Assembly: GCA_963693365.1 (NCBI GenBank)
Contig: CAVNZM010000004.1
Coordinates: 1,857,449 to 1,921,448 of the forward strand
Direction: 5' to 3'
DNA: 64,000 bases
Source of the DNA: Amoebidium appalachense
Taxonomy: Eukaryota > Protista > Ichthyosporea
Shown here: positions 1 to 17,054 of the stretch, in pieces
How positions within the stretch are numbered: the first letter of the stretch is position 1
How the letters are laid out: each line of letters opens with the position of its first letter
The notes under the pieces: model-generated
What the model was told of the DNA's origin: nothing
Seen by the model: the letters and a program-made list of their open reading frames with translations, nothing else
Database searches by the model: none
Made by a program: the position numbers and the translations under genes

Positions 1-128
<128 letters not shown>

Positions 129-413
129 TAGTATATTTTCGAAGGAGGAGGAGTTGGGGAAGTGGACAGGGGAGGGCAAGGAAGAACTCCATCACACTGC
201 GAACGTGCCGGCGCCACATTCATGGTTATCTCTTCATCGTGTTGGTTACTAACAATACCCTCCTCTTTTGCTGAGCCCCTTTTAACTCGTCTTCCTCAGC
301 TAGCAGAAAGCAAAAAATAAAAAAAGCTCTGATCCGCCCGCATCCCCCCCCCTTCCCCTCCCCCTCTCCTCCTCCCCTCCTTTCCTCCAGGCCCGGACCG
401 GATCCCATCCAGA

Positions 414-451
<38 letters not shown>

Positions 452-1412
452 CCCCCCCCCCCCCTCCCCCTCTCCTGGTCCTCCCACTCAATCTCTCTCA
501 ATCCGAACCGCTCGCACCGTTCAAGTAAGCCGAGAGACATTGCTGCGTCCACTCAGTTTTCAAAACAACCTTGCCTCTATCATAATAATATTGATCAGAA
601 GGTATATGTCAGTGCAAATTCATACGAGGTATCATGCGACGACAACTAAAAGATGTAATAATCATAGGACCAACAATAAACACGGTGCACTGACTACCAC
701 CAAGACAGCTTCTCTTCTATCATTTGACCCGACAGCAAGAAATGTCGTCGTTCGTCGTTGTAACAGTAACTACTGGGCCTTTGCCTTTGTATTACACATG
801 AATCATGACATGATGCATCATGCAGGCGGCGGGTGCACCCAGTTCGTGCTTTTGACGTACGTGGCAATATTGCAATTTTCTTGAATGTAGATGGCCGCTT
901 TTCTCACGGCGTAACAAAATACCATGACAAGGGCATTATCAAGTAATGCACGTACGGCGTGGTCGTGCGGCCACGCAAAACATGTTGAAGCTGACACTTG
1001 GCAGGCAAGAAACTGGCGACGAATCGATGGATCAAATCAAGATGCATACCATTGAATAAACAAACTTTCCAACATCCAATCCGATTTCCGACTCGCACGA
1101 CAAAGAAATATTCCTTTTCTTGAGCCTTTTTTTCCAGTGTACACCTTTAATTTGATAATTGATATGCCTTGATATGTATATAGCATGTATGTAAATATTG
1201 CCATAATATAGTCTTTACAAGCCAGAAAATCTTTATATTGTGTTTAATTTACAAAGGATAATGTGCTGTCCGATCACCTGCATACAAAGTGATAAGACGT
1301 CGCCTTGTCCCCATAATTACTGTTCATTTATATCCTTGACCAATCATATGGCTAGGACGTTACGACCTAATCATCATATCAAATCATCACGAAGCGTCAC
1401 ACTTCTTGCAAG

Positions 1413-1420
1413 TATATAAA
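1413..1420 (+). promoter_or_regulatory. Putative TATA box of the secreted protein gene
   Basis: TATATAAA ~190 nt upstream of ATG 1600 in an AT-rich intergenic region. Confidence 0.4.
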
Positions 1421-1599
1421 CAGCACCAGCACATCCAACCCTCTCATCAGTTCAAAATCAAAGCCCCAAGTTGACTTTGCAGCAAAAAGAACAGCACACG
1501 GCTCGCTTTCTGCCATAGCCTTCCTGTACACTACCTGGCTAGCTATATTTATTACGCATATTCGCTCAGCATATTTTCCTGCCACGCACACACACAACC

Positions 1600-2421
1600 A
1601 TGCAGCTCATCGTCGTCGGCGCTCTTTTGGCCCTCTCAGCCCACCAAACAGAGGCCAATTGGGGTCCCAACACATGGTGGGGATGGAATCCATCCAACAC
1701 AGCCACGGTCACAACCAAGACCACTAGCGCCCCCGCGGCCAACAACTGGGGCTGGGGATGGAACTGGGGCAGCAACTGGGGCCCATGGGGGGTGAAGCCA
1801 GCAGGGGCCAACCTGTGGGGGTCATGCCTTCAGGGCCATTGGCAGTGGCGCACGGGCTGCCGCGCCATTCCCGAGTGTGCGCCCGGGCAGGCCTGGAAGG
1901 GCTGGGCGTCCGGCTGCTGCAAAAACGACTGCCCGATCAACCAGACGTGGGACCCACGCACCGGCCGCTGCTGCGCCGTGCCCACGTGTCCTGCCGGCCA
2001 GGGTTGGAAGGGCTGGGCCCGAGGCTGCTGTGCAGACAACCCGGCCACAAACCCTGCACCTGTCCCCGTGCGCAATTTGGTTGTTTCTCAGCAAGCACCT
2101 GCCGTCGCCAGTGTCCCTGAACCTGTGACCGACCTTGCCGGGGATGACGTCGAGGTTGTGGATTTGGTGGATACGCCTGCCGCCCCCGCCGGCAATTCGA
2201 ATATTCAGGCGCCACCTGCTGTTCCTCCCCCTGCCCCTCTTACCCTCGCCGATTCAGTCAAAACGCCAACCCCCGCTCAGGTTCCCACGGATTCGGCACC
2301 ATCTCCCCTTGCTTCATCTCCTGATAATGTGGATGTTGTCGAGGGATCCGATTTGGGTGATGGGGATTTATCAGCAGACGGAGTGGAAGAACCGGATGTT
2401 GGTGAGGATGTGGTTGCGTAA
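1600..2421 (+). CDS. Secreted Trp/Gly/Asn- and Cys-repeat protein with Pro/Ala/Asp-rich tail (273 aa, uninterrupted ORF)
   Basis: Kozak-like ACAACCATGC; signal peptide MQLIVVGALLALSAHQTEA; NWG/WGW repeats; duplicated module W..RTG.C.A.P.C..GQ.WKGWA.GCC; GC3-rich codons; AT-rich 3' flank. Confidence 0.85.
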   Translation: MQLIVVGALLALSAHQTEANWGPNTWWGWNPSNTATVTTKTTSAPAANNWGWGWNWGSNWGPWGVKPAGANLWGSCLQGHWQWRTGCRAIPECAPGQAWKGWASGCCKNDCPINQTWDPRTGRCCAVPTCPAGQGWKGWARGCCADNPATNPAPVPVRNLVVSQQAPAVASVPEPVTDLAGDDVEVVDLVDTPAAPAGNSNIQAPPAVPPPAPLTLADSVKTPTPAQVPTDSAPSPLASSPDNVDVVEGSDLGDGDLSADGVEEPDVGEDVVA

Positions 2422-3091
2422 ATGTGTGGGTGAAATAGAATAGATGTATGGTTAATCGTATAAAAATTTTACACAGAAAAGTGTTCTGGTTGTTTTTCGA
2501 CTTCTCAAAGAGTTATAGACTGCTTCAGCAGTCTCTTTGTGCCACTTGTAGTGGACAGTTTGAATCATAAAAAAATCGTAATAAACAACGTACAAACAAG
2601 GTTGCTTTCCAACGCTACATTGTCAAAAGTTCTGCACGTTCTCAGCTTTCTCTGCCTCCACTGTCCCGGCACCCGTGCCAACCCCGTAACAAAGACACGC
2701 TCTGCTCCCCAACCGTTTAAGAATTGCTACACACTTGACAGACACCGTCCTCTCTCTCTCTCTCTCTCCCTCTCACTCTCTCTCTCTCTCTGCCTCTCTC
2801 TCTCTCTCCCCCCCCTCCCCCCTCTCTCCCCTCCCCCCCCCCCCCCCCCCCCCCCCCCGTCCGACTCTCTCTCTCTCTCTCTCCCCCTTCCCCCTCCTCC
2901 CCCTCTTGATATCACTCTCCCTTCCCTTTCCTGTCTACCTCTTTCTCTCCCCCCTTTCCCCCTCCTCTCCCCTCACTTTCTATCTCCCTCCCTCCCTCAT
3001 TCTCTTCCCCCCCCCCTTCCCCTACCCTTTCTCGCCTTTCTCTCTTTCGTATTTCCCCCTCTCCTTCTCCCCCCACCCCCCCCTCTCCCTG

Positions 3092-3133
<42 letters not shown>

Positions 3134-3793
3134 TCTCCCTCTTCCTTACACCCCCCCCCCCCCCTCTCTCTCTCTGAGACTCTCCCCCCTCCCTCACCCG
3201 CCCCTCTTCTTTCCCCCTCCTCCCCAACAACGTATGGGTCCCTCTCTCCCTCTCTGTCCTCTCCCCTCCCCCTCCCCCCCCCCCCCCCCCCCCCCCCGTT
3301 GTGGAAAAAAAAATAATAAAAATACACTCAACCCCTCACTCTTCCTCTCAAAGCTTTCTCCCTCCCCCTCTTTTTTCCCACGAGATGCGGGGAAGGCGGA
3401 AGCCCCCAATCCATGCTTTAAGAACTCTGGGGGTAGGCACTACATAGAATGAGTTTGCTATTAGTAACGAGCCGTTGTATGATCGAACAGGCATCGGATC
3501 CAATCGCATCAGTAGATTAAACTTACTGCAATGCAAAAACCAGTTTTGTTCTGCAAGAATAATTTTACTTGGAGCAAGTTTATCCTGCTGCCGTGAGCAG
3601 AAAAGTTTTGTTGTTAGTACTATCTGCCTAGAGCAGAATCACTTTGCTTCTCCGAAATTCTGGTTTTGCTGAATGATTATGGCATCTGTTAATTGAATGC
3701 TTTTTGTAGAATAATTCTGTGACGCAAGATAATCCACCTTGCAGCAAGTGGATTAAAGGGGTTAGGGGGTTTTTTTTGTGTTTTTTTTTTTTT

Positions 3794-3824
<31 letters not shown>

Positions 3825-4439
3825 GGGAAGATGGAGGGGAGCCATAACTTGAGGTCAAGCCTCGGTTGTAGGGGGATGTGTACTTGAGAGGATTGGTAGG
3901 TGGATATTGATATGTGGGTGGGTGGGTGGGTGGGCTGGGGGCAAGCCTTTTAAACTCCTTTCAAATCCCCTCTCCTCCGGGACCCTCCCCTCTACCCATC
4001 CCCTCCCGGTTAAAAGCAGGTGTTTTGGGGGAGGTGGGGGAGAAGGGGACGGAAGGCCCTGGGAAGGCCCTGGGGGGGGAAGGGGGAGGGGTGAAGGGGG
4101 AGGGGGGGAGGAGGGCTGGTCGAGCCTCGGCTAAGGGTAAGTCGGTAGGCGGGCGGACGCGGGGAGGGGGGGAGGGGGGGGGGGGGGGGGGGGGAGGGGG
4201 AGGGGGGGGGGGGGGGGGGGATGTATGTGAGTCCATGGTATGTGTGTGTCTCTGGATCCTTGCAGCAAGGAAAAATTAAAAACAGTGGAGACCTGGAGAG
4301 AGGAGGAACAGGTAAAGGGAAGAGAAGTGGAGGGGGAGCTTGAGGGGAGCGGGCCCCCTGAGGGGGGAGGGGGGGGGGGGGGGGGGGAGGGGCCGGGGGG
4401 GGGGGGGAGGTAGGTCATACTATTAGGGCCATTAGCAAC

Positions 4440-5700
4440 TGGCACAGCGCTCTCTTTGGTTCGCTCTGCACAACCTGCTCAGACTTCACCCGTTTTTCCA
4501 AAATCAAAGCTCTATGAGGGTATTTTCGCATGGACGAGTGAAGGGGCACGTCATTGTTTTCTTGTATGTATGCATGATAGTACGATTATCATAGCAGCCT
4601 AGGTGCGGGACCCGGTACATAATAAACAGCACATGCGCATGTGCGCGGACGTTCACGTATGCTTAACTACCTGGCAAGTGTGAGTTTCATGGTGATCATG
4701 ATCATGCGCGGATAATAAGTTGCGTTGTGCGTGTGTCCAAAGTGCTGCTTACACATGTGCGTGCGCTTGCGTGCTCAGGTGTGCACGTGTGGGTACCGGT
4801 GTGGGCGGTGCGAGACTCCGTACGTGTGTGTATGGGTGCATATGCACGCATGCATATATATATGCATGAGTCATGATTCGAATGGTCTGACTTTGCGCTC
4901 GAGTTTGATGATAGGACGTCCCAATGACCACACACCTGACATGTCAATTTAGCATGTATTTGAATCATAGATAAAAACCTGACCCCATTGTCCTAACACT
5001 AAAGTATAAATGCCAGTGACCTGCCATATTTTTGGCCCCAAGAGCCTTCCTTACTACTACTGGCTGGGCACCTAGCCAGGGAATGAGCAAGAATCATGTG
5101 TGTGTGAATATCTGGAAGCTATAGGTAAAAGGCAGAGGGGCAACCGGCAGAAGAGGTTTTGCTATGGGCAGGAGGTGCCGAGGTGGAGGGTGGGGAGGGG
5201 AGGGGGGGAGGGGGGGGGGGGGGGGGGGGGGAAGGGGAGGGGAGGGCGGGGAGGGGGGCCCGGGGGCCTCTTTCCCCCGTTTCCCCCCCCCCCCCCCTCC
5301 TTTTTCGAATTCCCTGCACAGTTCTGAGCACGCGACCCTCGAGAGAGCATCCGAGAGAGGCCCAGCGTCCCAGCTGCATGGGGCAACCTTCGAACGTTGA
5401 TTATGGCACAAGAGCATGCGCTATTTATGGGCCAGTGGGACGCTGGTTAGGTATAAATCATGATATTGAGTTGCCCTTTCCCGTATAGCCATATATGGTA
5501 GCCTTAGAAAATACCACCAAGGTGACGTAATCTGCTTCCGGAAGGCGGCCCAGGCTGCCCGGCACTTGTACAGCACTTCGTAAACCTTCCACGTGCACGC
5601 ACCAGCAAAAAATCCAGCACCGGGCAGGTACAAGCAGAGAATTTCACTAAGGGTATAATAGGTGCAGTAAAAACTCTAAGTATAATAATGGATAGTCTTT
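4440..5700 (+). mobile_element. Possible degenerate retroelement remnant
   Basis: Complex stop-interrupted coding-like stretches (e.g. LWHKSMRYLWA...VALSRIAIYGSLRKYHQGDVICFRKAAQAARHLY) separated by microsatellites; no diagnostic RT motif seen. Confidence 0.2.
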
Positions 5701-6605
5701 ACCAAATCATTGATATTGAAGATATACATATATGTGCGCGAGTTTAATAATTTACTGCAATTTAAATTTACCCCAGAACACGGTAGTATAGTGAGTGTGA
5801 CAAGGGTGCACACGTGTGGCGCGATTCAATAGGAGCACCCGTGTACACCGTATGTGCGCGAGGTTAAGGTAGCTGGGTAAGGTGCCATACTCTACGTGGA
5901 ATGCTCCACTAACCGCTAAAAATAGGACAGTGTGATAAGTACTTGCATTAGGTCACGCGTACATTTGACAACTTGCAAACACGCGTTTCCACACTGATAG
6001 AAATGAGAATGTAGACAAGAACAACGCGGCATGCACAATGCGATTTCTTCAACAGGTTGGCTGTTGATGGACGACTAACATGTTGTGTGCTTTACAAGTT
6101 TGGCTCAAAATGCCACGGTGGATAATCTTTAAATTTACCACCTTTTCAGTCTCTGATGTAAACCTGTGCTATAATCTTCTTCCATCGAACCAAGTTAAAC
6201 GTTTCTCCAAATGTATTGTGCATTTTTCCTGCACCTGCACATGGTGTGCGTCAAAGGCTTTCTTCCTTAAATGGCGCTTAAGAAGCTTCCCTGCGCCGAA
6301 GCATGAGCTCGAGGGCTGAAGGGGATGGAACTGTACAATTTCAGCTTGCTTGTATTCGCGTGTGGCGTCAGCACCTATAAAACGAGTGGAAGGTGAAAGT
6401 GAAGTTATTTGAAACACGCGACACGTCGAGAGTCTCTTTCAATGTCTTAACTTTCATTTTCAGCATTCTTATCACTGTAGTGTTTACTACTGTAAATAGG
6501 TGTCGTACTAACCTCTCTCCGTTTTAGTATAATTATCATCACACGACTTGTATGTTCCCTCCCTCCTTCTCCTCCTATTCCATGTCTCGGTGACTGGTGA
6601 AAAAC

Positions 6606-6873
6606 ATGCCTTCTCTTACAGTTACTGCGGATGATCCATGCAACTCGCCAAAGTTTGGCCAGGCAGTCTTCAGGCTGGCAAAGGTAAAGTTGTGTTCGAG
6701 TCGTCCCATGAAAGTTTATCCTTTTGGCTTTGTATGTAGTGACACGTCTGCACTTTTTTTAATTTCCTGTCTACGTGTCCTCACACCCAAAGATACTAAT
6801 GCAAACAAATAATTCACCGCAAAGCTTCTGAGAATCTCGACTTTTGGCAAAGACTTAACTAATTTCCTTGTCA

Positions 6874-6908
<35 letters not shown>

Positions 6909-8602
6909 ACCCCACCCCCTTCCCCAAAGTCGAAAGAGAAAAAAAAAAAAGGTTGTTCTCGTGCACATGCACTTGCACCTGCACATTGTCAATTGCAATG
7001 TCATGCACAAGCACCCACAAACGCACATGCACATTGTCAAAACCTTGGGCGCAGCGTTGTTAACATGCACATTGTCAAACTGCAAACACAAAAAAGATGG
7101 GCGACACGCACACACATCAAAAAAAAAAAAAAAAAAAAAAAACTCAGTAACCACACTCACCCTGGCCCAAGCACGTACAGGATTCACACTTTCACACACA
7201 AACCGGTAAACTAGGCGTGTACACACCGTGACACGTGGCACACAAAGATACTATGTGAATCAATATTCCACACACACACACGTACTCACACATGAAGATT
7301 CACATACACTTACCACACACACATGCTAGCAGACTTGCGGACACTGCACTTGCTTTAAGGTACCTTAAGTTACACATCCGCTTACACAGTACTTCCGCAG
7401 ATAACGAGCCTTGTGTGTTTTCACCTGGCCATCGTCCCATGTGCCTACGTCATCATCGAAGTTTCCCAAAAATGTAAACACGACCGCCAGGCATTCCCAT
7501 CATGCAGTTCTTCCCCGCACTCATTAGCCCTGCAGATTATTGGAATTGCGGCTGCGTCTGCAATTTTTTTCTATCCCGCTACAAGGGGCCAAACAACAAC
7601 TGTGTGCATTCATAGGTGCAATGACGACGTGGGGGATCATGTGTGCTGGAACATGCCCTCTTCTGGTGGCGATGGATGTGTGGGTGGTGATTACCAAAAA
7701 TAGGTTACCAATCATATCGAGGATACCCACGCTCTTATTGGTTGGCTTTGGCGTGCCTTTCCTTTTGGCTCTCATTCCAGTGATGATACCTCATGGATAT
7801 GGAAGGTATGCCATCACCAGCTGGTTTAAGACATTCACTCTGTTGGCTGTTAAAAACTCCTGTTCTTCATTGTTTTCTCCACTGCCAACATTGTACCGGG
7901 GTCAGAAAGCAACAGGCTGGTTCCACGTATTACGCACACACCAGGCAGAATTCTGCCAGCACCCTTATTGCACATAATCGGCCAAATCCCCCGTGTTTAA
8001 ATTAAGTATCTTGCCGTGTTTCTTTTCTATTCCCTCAGTCCCCCGTGTATCCCCCCTCCTCCCCTTTTACCCCCCCCCCTCCCCCCCCCCGGGGCTCCCC
8101 CCCCCCCCCCTCTCCCCCCTCCCTCCCTCCCTCCCTCCCTCCCTTTCTTCCTCCCTCCCTCCCTCCCTCCCTCCCTCCCTCCCTCCCTCCCTCCCTCCCT
8201 TCCTTCCACCCTCTTATGCCTTTCCTCTCTAATCATCCTAGTTCGCTTCGCTCTATCAAGTACAGTGTTTGCTTTTGTCAGTTCTAGGCCCCTGTCATGA
8301 TCAACAATCGAGGATGGTGAGATGAATGGTGGCGTTTTTTATTTTTTGACTTGGGCTCCAATTGATGAAATTTCATGCGCAGGATTGTTATGCGGTGTGG
8401 AGTAGGTGCCCATCACTTTGCACTGAACGTCATCTACAACGTGGGTATTCCTCTGATTTCCTTACTTGCTTGCGCTTTAAATTTCTTCTACTTCGCCTCC
8501 ACCTACCGCCTACATCAATCGGCCAAATTCGATCTGAAGCCGTTCCGGGGGCAAACTTTACCAATCAAACACAACTTCGCTCTATTTCAGCTTGCCATGT
8601 AA
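6606..8602 (+). pseudogene. 7TM GPCR-like gene (cAMP-receptor-like/class E-like), frameshifted, TM6-7 not found
   Basis: Exons 6606-6683 (AAG|GTAAAG), 7401-7805 (AG|GTATG), 8383-~8602. Spliced product has TM segments including QQLCAFIGAMTTWGIMC...LLVAMDVWVVIT (TM3), LLLVGFGVPFLLALIP (TM4), GYGR/IVMRCGVG loop and VGIPLISLLACALNFFYF (TM5). A frameshift is needed in the T run at ~7564-7570. Confidence 0.6.
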
Positions 8603-10193
8603 AAGGGAAGTCTTCAGCAACATTCCCTCTGTCCACATTAACAAATATGGACAGTGACTTCACACATCGTTGGCTGAATGTCATGCTACGGGGTATACTA
8701 TCCGTGCCCACCAGAGGGACGTGTGGCACGTCCTGCTCAAACTTTGAGCAAGAACTCAGCATCGGTATTCCCCCCTCCCCCCCCCCCTCCCCCCCCCCCC
8801 CCCCTCCCCCCCTCCTCCTCCTTCCCCCGCCTGCCCGCCTGCCCGCCTGCCCGCCTGCCCGCCCGGGGAGCCTTTAGGCTATAGCTATGCGCGTTCGGCG
8901 GTATACATTTGAGCACGTGTGCATAGGAAGAGATACATAGCACTATAGTATGTTGAGGCGGGGGAACTTAACCACTGTGCGATGAGTCTCAGAGAACGTG
9001 CTGTATTCCGGGTGGATAGAATGAAACAGAGGGAAGAGGTCGGAGAATGCTCCGGCGGGGAGGCCTCCGGGGGGAGGGGGGCCGGGGAGGGGGGAGGGGG
9101 GAGGGAGGGGAAGAGGGGGAAAGGAAGGGTGCAGGGAGGCAGGGGGGCGGGGGGAGGGGGGGGGGGGGGGGGATTTGTACTGTAGGGTGAAGTGTAGGTG
9201 TTCATTGGGTTGCCGGCCGCGGAGACTGCCCTGGAGGGGGTGAGGGGAGGGAGTGAGAAGGAGGGGGTAGGGGCAGAGGGGGGGGGGGGGGGGAATATAT
9301 GTAGAGCACTGTACAAAAGGAATCCAGGTTTATTCTCTGCTGCAGCCATCCCCAGTCCCTGTATTCTCCTTCGAAATTCAAGCGTCAAGCCCCCCCCCCC
9401 CTCCCCCCACCCCCTCTCGTGAAAAGCCCCCACCAACCCTATCACTGTGGCACCTATGTATACAAAATGCATATGTGGCCTTTGGGGTGCGTGTATTAGG
9501 TCTCTCTCCCGGCTATCTGTGACAGTGCCTGCTCTTCCAACCACCAGATTAAGAAACCCCAATCGGATTGGTCCATGCCCCAGCCAATCAGCACTCAGTG
9601 TTGCATCTGCAGCCGAGGAGCGGCGAATGGCACAAATGCGACGCCTAGGCCGGAATATGAATTGTTTTGTGTTGGTGCGTGATCACGTGAACCCAATATC
9701 TGCTGATAAATTTGCTCACATTGCCCGGTGTTAATGTGAAACCCCCAAAATGGCTTATGCCAATTCAGGTCGCGTGTAGCAGCGGATATGGGTGTTCAAT
9801 GCTTTGGTTTATTACGTGTTTCTGACTTCGCATCAACCGGATTTGCATGTGGTCAAGTGCTCGTCGTGGGCCCATATCAAGAAAATGGTACCGAAAGCTG
9901 GGCCAAATGTACGGGAATTTGAGTTGGGCTGAAAAGCTGCAGGCAATCGGAGATCTACGGTGTGGTATGCAATCAGAAAACTCAATTTTGATAGGGGCCA
10001 GAGTATGGTTTTGGTTCCGGCATTGTGTGTTCTCGTACTTTGGGTAAGGGGGTACTGTATAAAGAATGTTTGCTGGACGTGTGTGTATAATGTTATACCA
10101 TCTTGCCTGGGGTAAAGGCAGAGCCAAGACGGTGGCCTCTGTAGGCGAAACCGGTCAAATAATTAAAAAAAAAAAGGTTTAAAAAATGTACAT

Positions 10194-10287
<94 letters not shown>

Positions 10288-10951
10288 TGTGTGCTTTGGG
10301 GAGGGTGGGGAAGGGGGGGGGAAAGGGGAAACAAGAAGCACTTTCACCATCCATTTAGAACATGTCTGCTGCATACTACTCAATATCCATTCATTAGTTG
10401 ATTACAAACTCATTCAAGAAAACATGTTGACTAATTAATCTAGCACCTGGCTAGAACATTGCTACATTCGTTCAATTATTCTTACAACCAGTCCTTCTGT
10501 ATAGCACACAACCCCCCCCCCCCCCCCCCCCCCCTTCCCCCTGGTTTGCCCAGCATGCAAGCAGGCAAACATGCAGGCAGGCATGCATGCGCGGACACAC
10601 ACGGCAACACGAATACTAATAGTAAAAAAGAAATACCCGCACCAACATTCTGCCGTGGAGGGAGGGAGGGAAAAAAAAAAAAAAAAAAAAAAAAGAGCAA
10701 CATCAATTATTACTTTATTCCGAGACCTTCCACAGAGCAACACGCACAGGTTCGTGCTCTCATTCATCAGTTTTACACACACAGTACCACTGCCACGTGT
10801 TGCACCATCCCCCTTGATGTGGGCTAGTAGGTGCATGTGCTGATATTAGCTGCCTGCTTGGTGCCTGGCCAGGTGCAGTATGCGCGTCACTGCATATGCC
10901 AAGTGTGAGCCAACGAAGTGATGAGCGAAATGTATACAGCATCTTCAGCAA

Positions 10952-10982
<31 letters not shown>

Positions 10983-11067
10983 TCCCCCTGCGCACCCGGC
11001 CACACCCTGCCCTATTCTGGCCCCCACCTGTAGCACACCCACCCACACGAAAAGCAACAACACTTAC

Positions 11068-13915
<2,848 letters not shown>

Positions 13916-15267
13916 GTTTACGGGTCATTGTCTGTATTCATTACTACTAGCAGAGTAACTACTACTCCCCATTAAGACGGCAGCGCAACTTGCACACTCC
14001 TCGGAAAACCAACTGGCAGGCAATCTAAAGTGGGTTTCAATCGTCCCCGCCAGCTTTGAGAAGCGTTACCGGTACCCTCAAGCTGTCAAGACAGACAGGC
14101 CGAGACACTATCCAGAGACAGACGGCCGCATGTGAAGCATGGCTGTGATGTGAAGCGGCTCAGCTCAAAACAAACTCCACCAATCATATACCTCTAACCA
14201 TAACCATAAAAAGAGATTACGTAATTGTGCTGTGATGACAGCGACTTTTCAAAGTTTTGTCACAGCTTTGCGGCCTTTGCATGTCACCAGGATGTTGGTT
14301 TCAGCCAAGATGCTGACATGTTGACATGTTGACATGCGTACGTGCATTATCTAAAAGAGAGGGGCTGAAGAGTTGTGTCTTGCATCTCAAACACGTGTAT
14401 CAGCCTATCTACTTATAAAACTCCGCAAGCTGGGTTCAAGGAACTGAAGCAACTTTGCAGGACGGCAGATTATTCGAAGCACACGGTTCTCTTTAACGTG
14501 ATGGAATGCCGCAAGTCCCGGAGTTCTCTCTCGTAAACATTGAGCGACGCTAATATTAGCGATTGCAGCTTTCTTACACGGTAAGAGAACCATTTAAGTC
14601 CCCCCCCCCCCCCCCCCTCCCCCTCCCCCCTCGCCCCCCTCGCCCCCCCTCCCCCCCCCCCCCCCCCCCCGCCCCCCAGCCCACACGCTCACTAGTTCTT
14701 CGTATTTTTTTCCGCCTCTTTCGCGTGTGCTTGAAGAGGGCTAGGCTTCTTTCTTTTTGTATAGGTGCTGGCCCCACTGCCTGTGGCTTCAGCCGCCTGC
14801 CTGCTGCACAGGTTCTATTGATGACCAAGAGTTGCCTTGTGGGTTGCTAAATAACATCACGCAAACCACGGAAGGAACAGTAGAGGTGGCATATTTATGC
14901 TTGTCAAGAGCGTGCGTGAGCGTAGATGGGTGTGTCTGCTGTGTTGTTGTACTGCTTTACTGTGTATTTATTCGCTTGTCCGGCCATGCTTTTGCACTCT
15001 GCACGAGGTAAAATTGAAGAAAGAGGGTCTTGAGCTATAGTCTAGTAACGGCCCGGAACGTGAAACTTTGTGATGTTTACAGATGGAAGGGAGTTTTTTT
15101 TTTCCGGGGGGGAGGGGGGAAGGGGGTTTAGAGAAAGAGGATCAGTGTTGCTGGCAAACGACGCTGTTGCAGGAGGCATGACTGCGAGCCTGTGCGTGTG
15201 TGTGTCCCGGGAGGGAGGTGGGGAGTGGAGGGAGAAAGGGAAGGGGGAGGGAGAGGGGGGGGGGGGG

Positions 15268-15400
<133 letters not shown>

Positions 15401-16105
15401 AAGAGAGAGGGGGGTGACGGGAGGGTGGATGGTGGGCAAGGGGAGAGAGCGAGAGGGAGACACAAGGAGAAGAAAAGCTGAGACATGTGTGGGAGGGTAG
15501 AGAGAGGGGGGAGGGGCGAGGGCGGGGAAGGGGGCGGGAGCGGGGAGGATTGCGGTGTAACAGTCGTTGTTTGGCTGCACTTGTGGGTGGATAGTTGCTT
15601 CCCGGTTGATGCCTTTATAAAGCCCGGCGGGGGAAGGGAAGGGAGTATTGAAGGGAGGAGGAATGAATGTTAAATTGTTTTCGTTGGGGAGCACGGGTGT
15701 TAATCAGCGAGTTTATAAGCAGGTTGGATGTGTCGCAGGTTGAAAAATGGTGTGGGGAAACCACTGGTCTAAACTTTTATTGTATACCCTGCCGTTTTGT
15801 TATCTTCTGATTCTTGGTGGTGGTGGTCATTGGGGTGTTGGTGGTGTTGATGGGTTGGAGGGATGGGTGAAGGGAGTGCCTGGGGCGGCAGCGGCGGTGC
15901 CCCGGGGGGGGGGGGGGGGGGGGGGGAGGGGAAGGGGGGGGGGGGGGGGGGCAGAAGGTGGAAGGAGGGGACGGAGGGGAAGGGGGACAGGTGGAGCAGC
16001 GTGAATTTTTGTAAATGTTGTTATGTCGTTGCGAGTGTAGATCACTTAGGTATAGCGTGTTCATTTGAAAGTGGTTTTTCACATGCCTGCATACGTCATG
16101 TTTGC

Positions 16106-16138
<33 letters not shown>

Positions 16139-16486
16139 CATGTGTGCATGCGTGCGTGCATGCATGCGCGCGTATGTCGGCGCGCTGTTGTTTGCATGGG
16201 AAGGTGTGTGATTTTGTCTGGTGTAAATGTTGGTTCTCATGTTAAGGAGACAAAGGAAGAGGATCGGGATATAGGCACACCTAGGACATTCGTTGGGGAA
16301 GAGAAAATAGTAAGAGGGGATAAGGTGGAAAAGGCATGAAAGATTTTTTGGTCTTCTGGGGTGGTGGGAGAAAGGGGGGTGACTGTGAGGAGGATTGCAA
16401 ATTGAATAATGTAGTGGTTGTTGTGGATTTTCTGAAAGTGGGGCCAAGGGGCAAGGAGGCAGGGCGGGGGGAGGGAGGGGGGGGGG

Positions 16487-16519
<33 letters not shown>

Positions 16520-17054
16520 TGTGTGTGTGTGAAGGGAGGGAAGAGGGTTGAGGAGGGAGAGGGGGTAGGGGCAGGGAAAAAACGGCAGAGGACATGTAGC
16601 AGGCAGTTATGAAGCAGGGAAAGATGGTGTGGCATTCCTAGTCGGTCATCTCATACTAGTTGGAAAAGGGGGCAAGGGAGTGGGGCCGGGGGAGAAGGGG
16701 GGGGGGAAGCAGGTGGGGAGTGGAGAGGGAGGGGTGAGGATGAGCAAGGGGAGAAGGGGGTGGGGAGGTAAGGGAAAATGTACAGAGGTGTGTGTAGGGA
16801 AAAGGTAGGTGTCGGGCACAAAGGAAGACCTGGCACAGTGGTAGCCTGATTGGTAGAAAATAGAAATGCCCCCCCCCCCCCCCCCCCCCCCTCCCGCCCG
16901 CTCTCCCCCTCCCCCATATGTCCGGCCGGTGGGGGCAGTTGTTAGGTGATGGTGGGAAGTTATCAGTTAGTCATCATCATGCACCCAGGCCTATACCTCA
17001 GATGTGTTCAGACTGAAGTTATCGGCAGACACTAACCCTTTCTCTGCAGCAACC

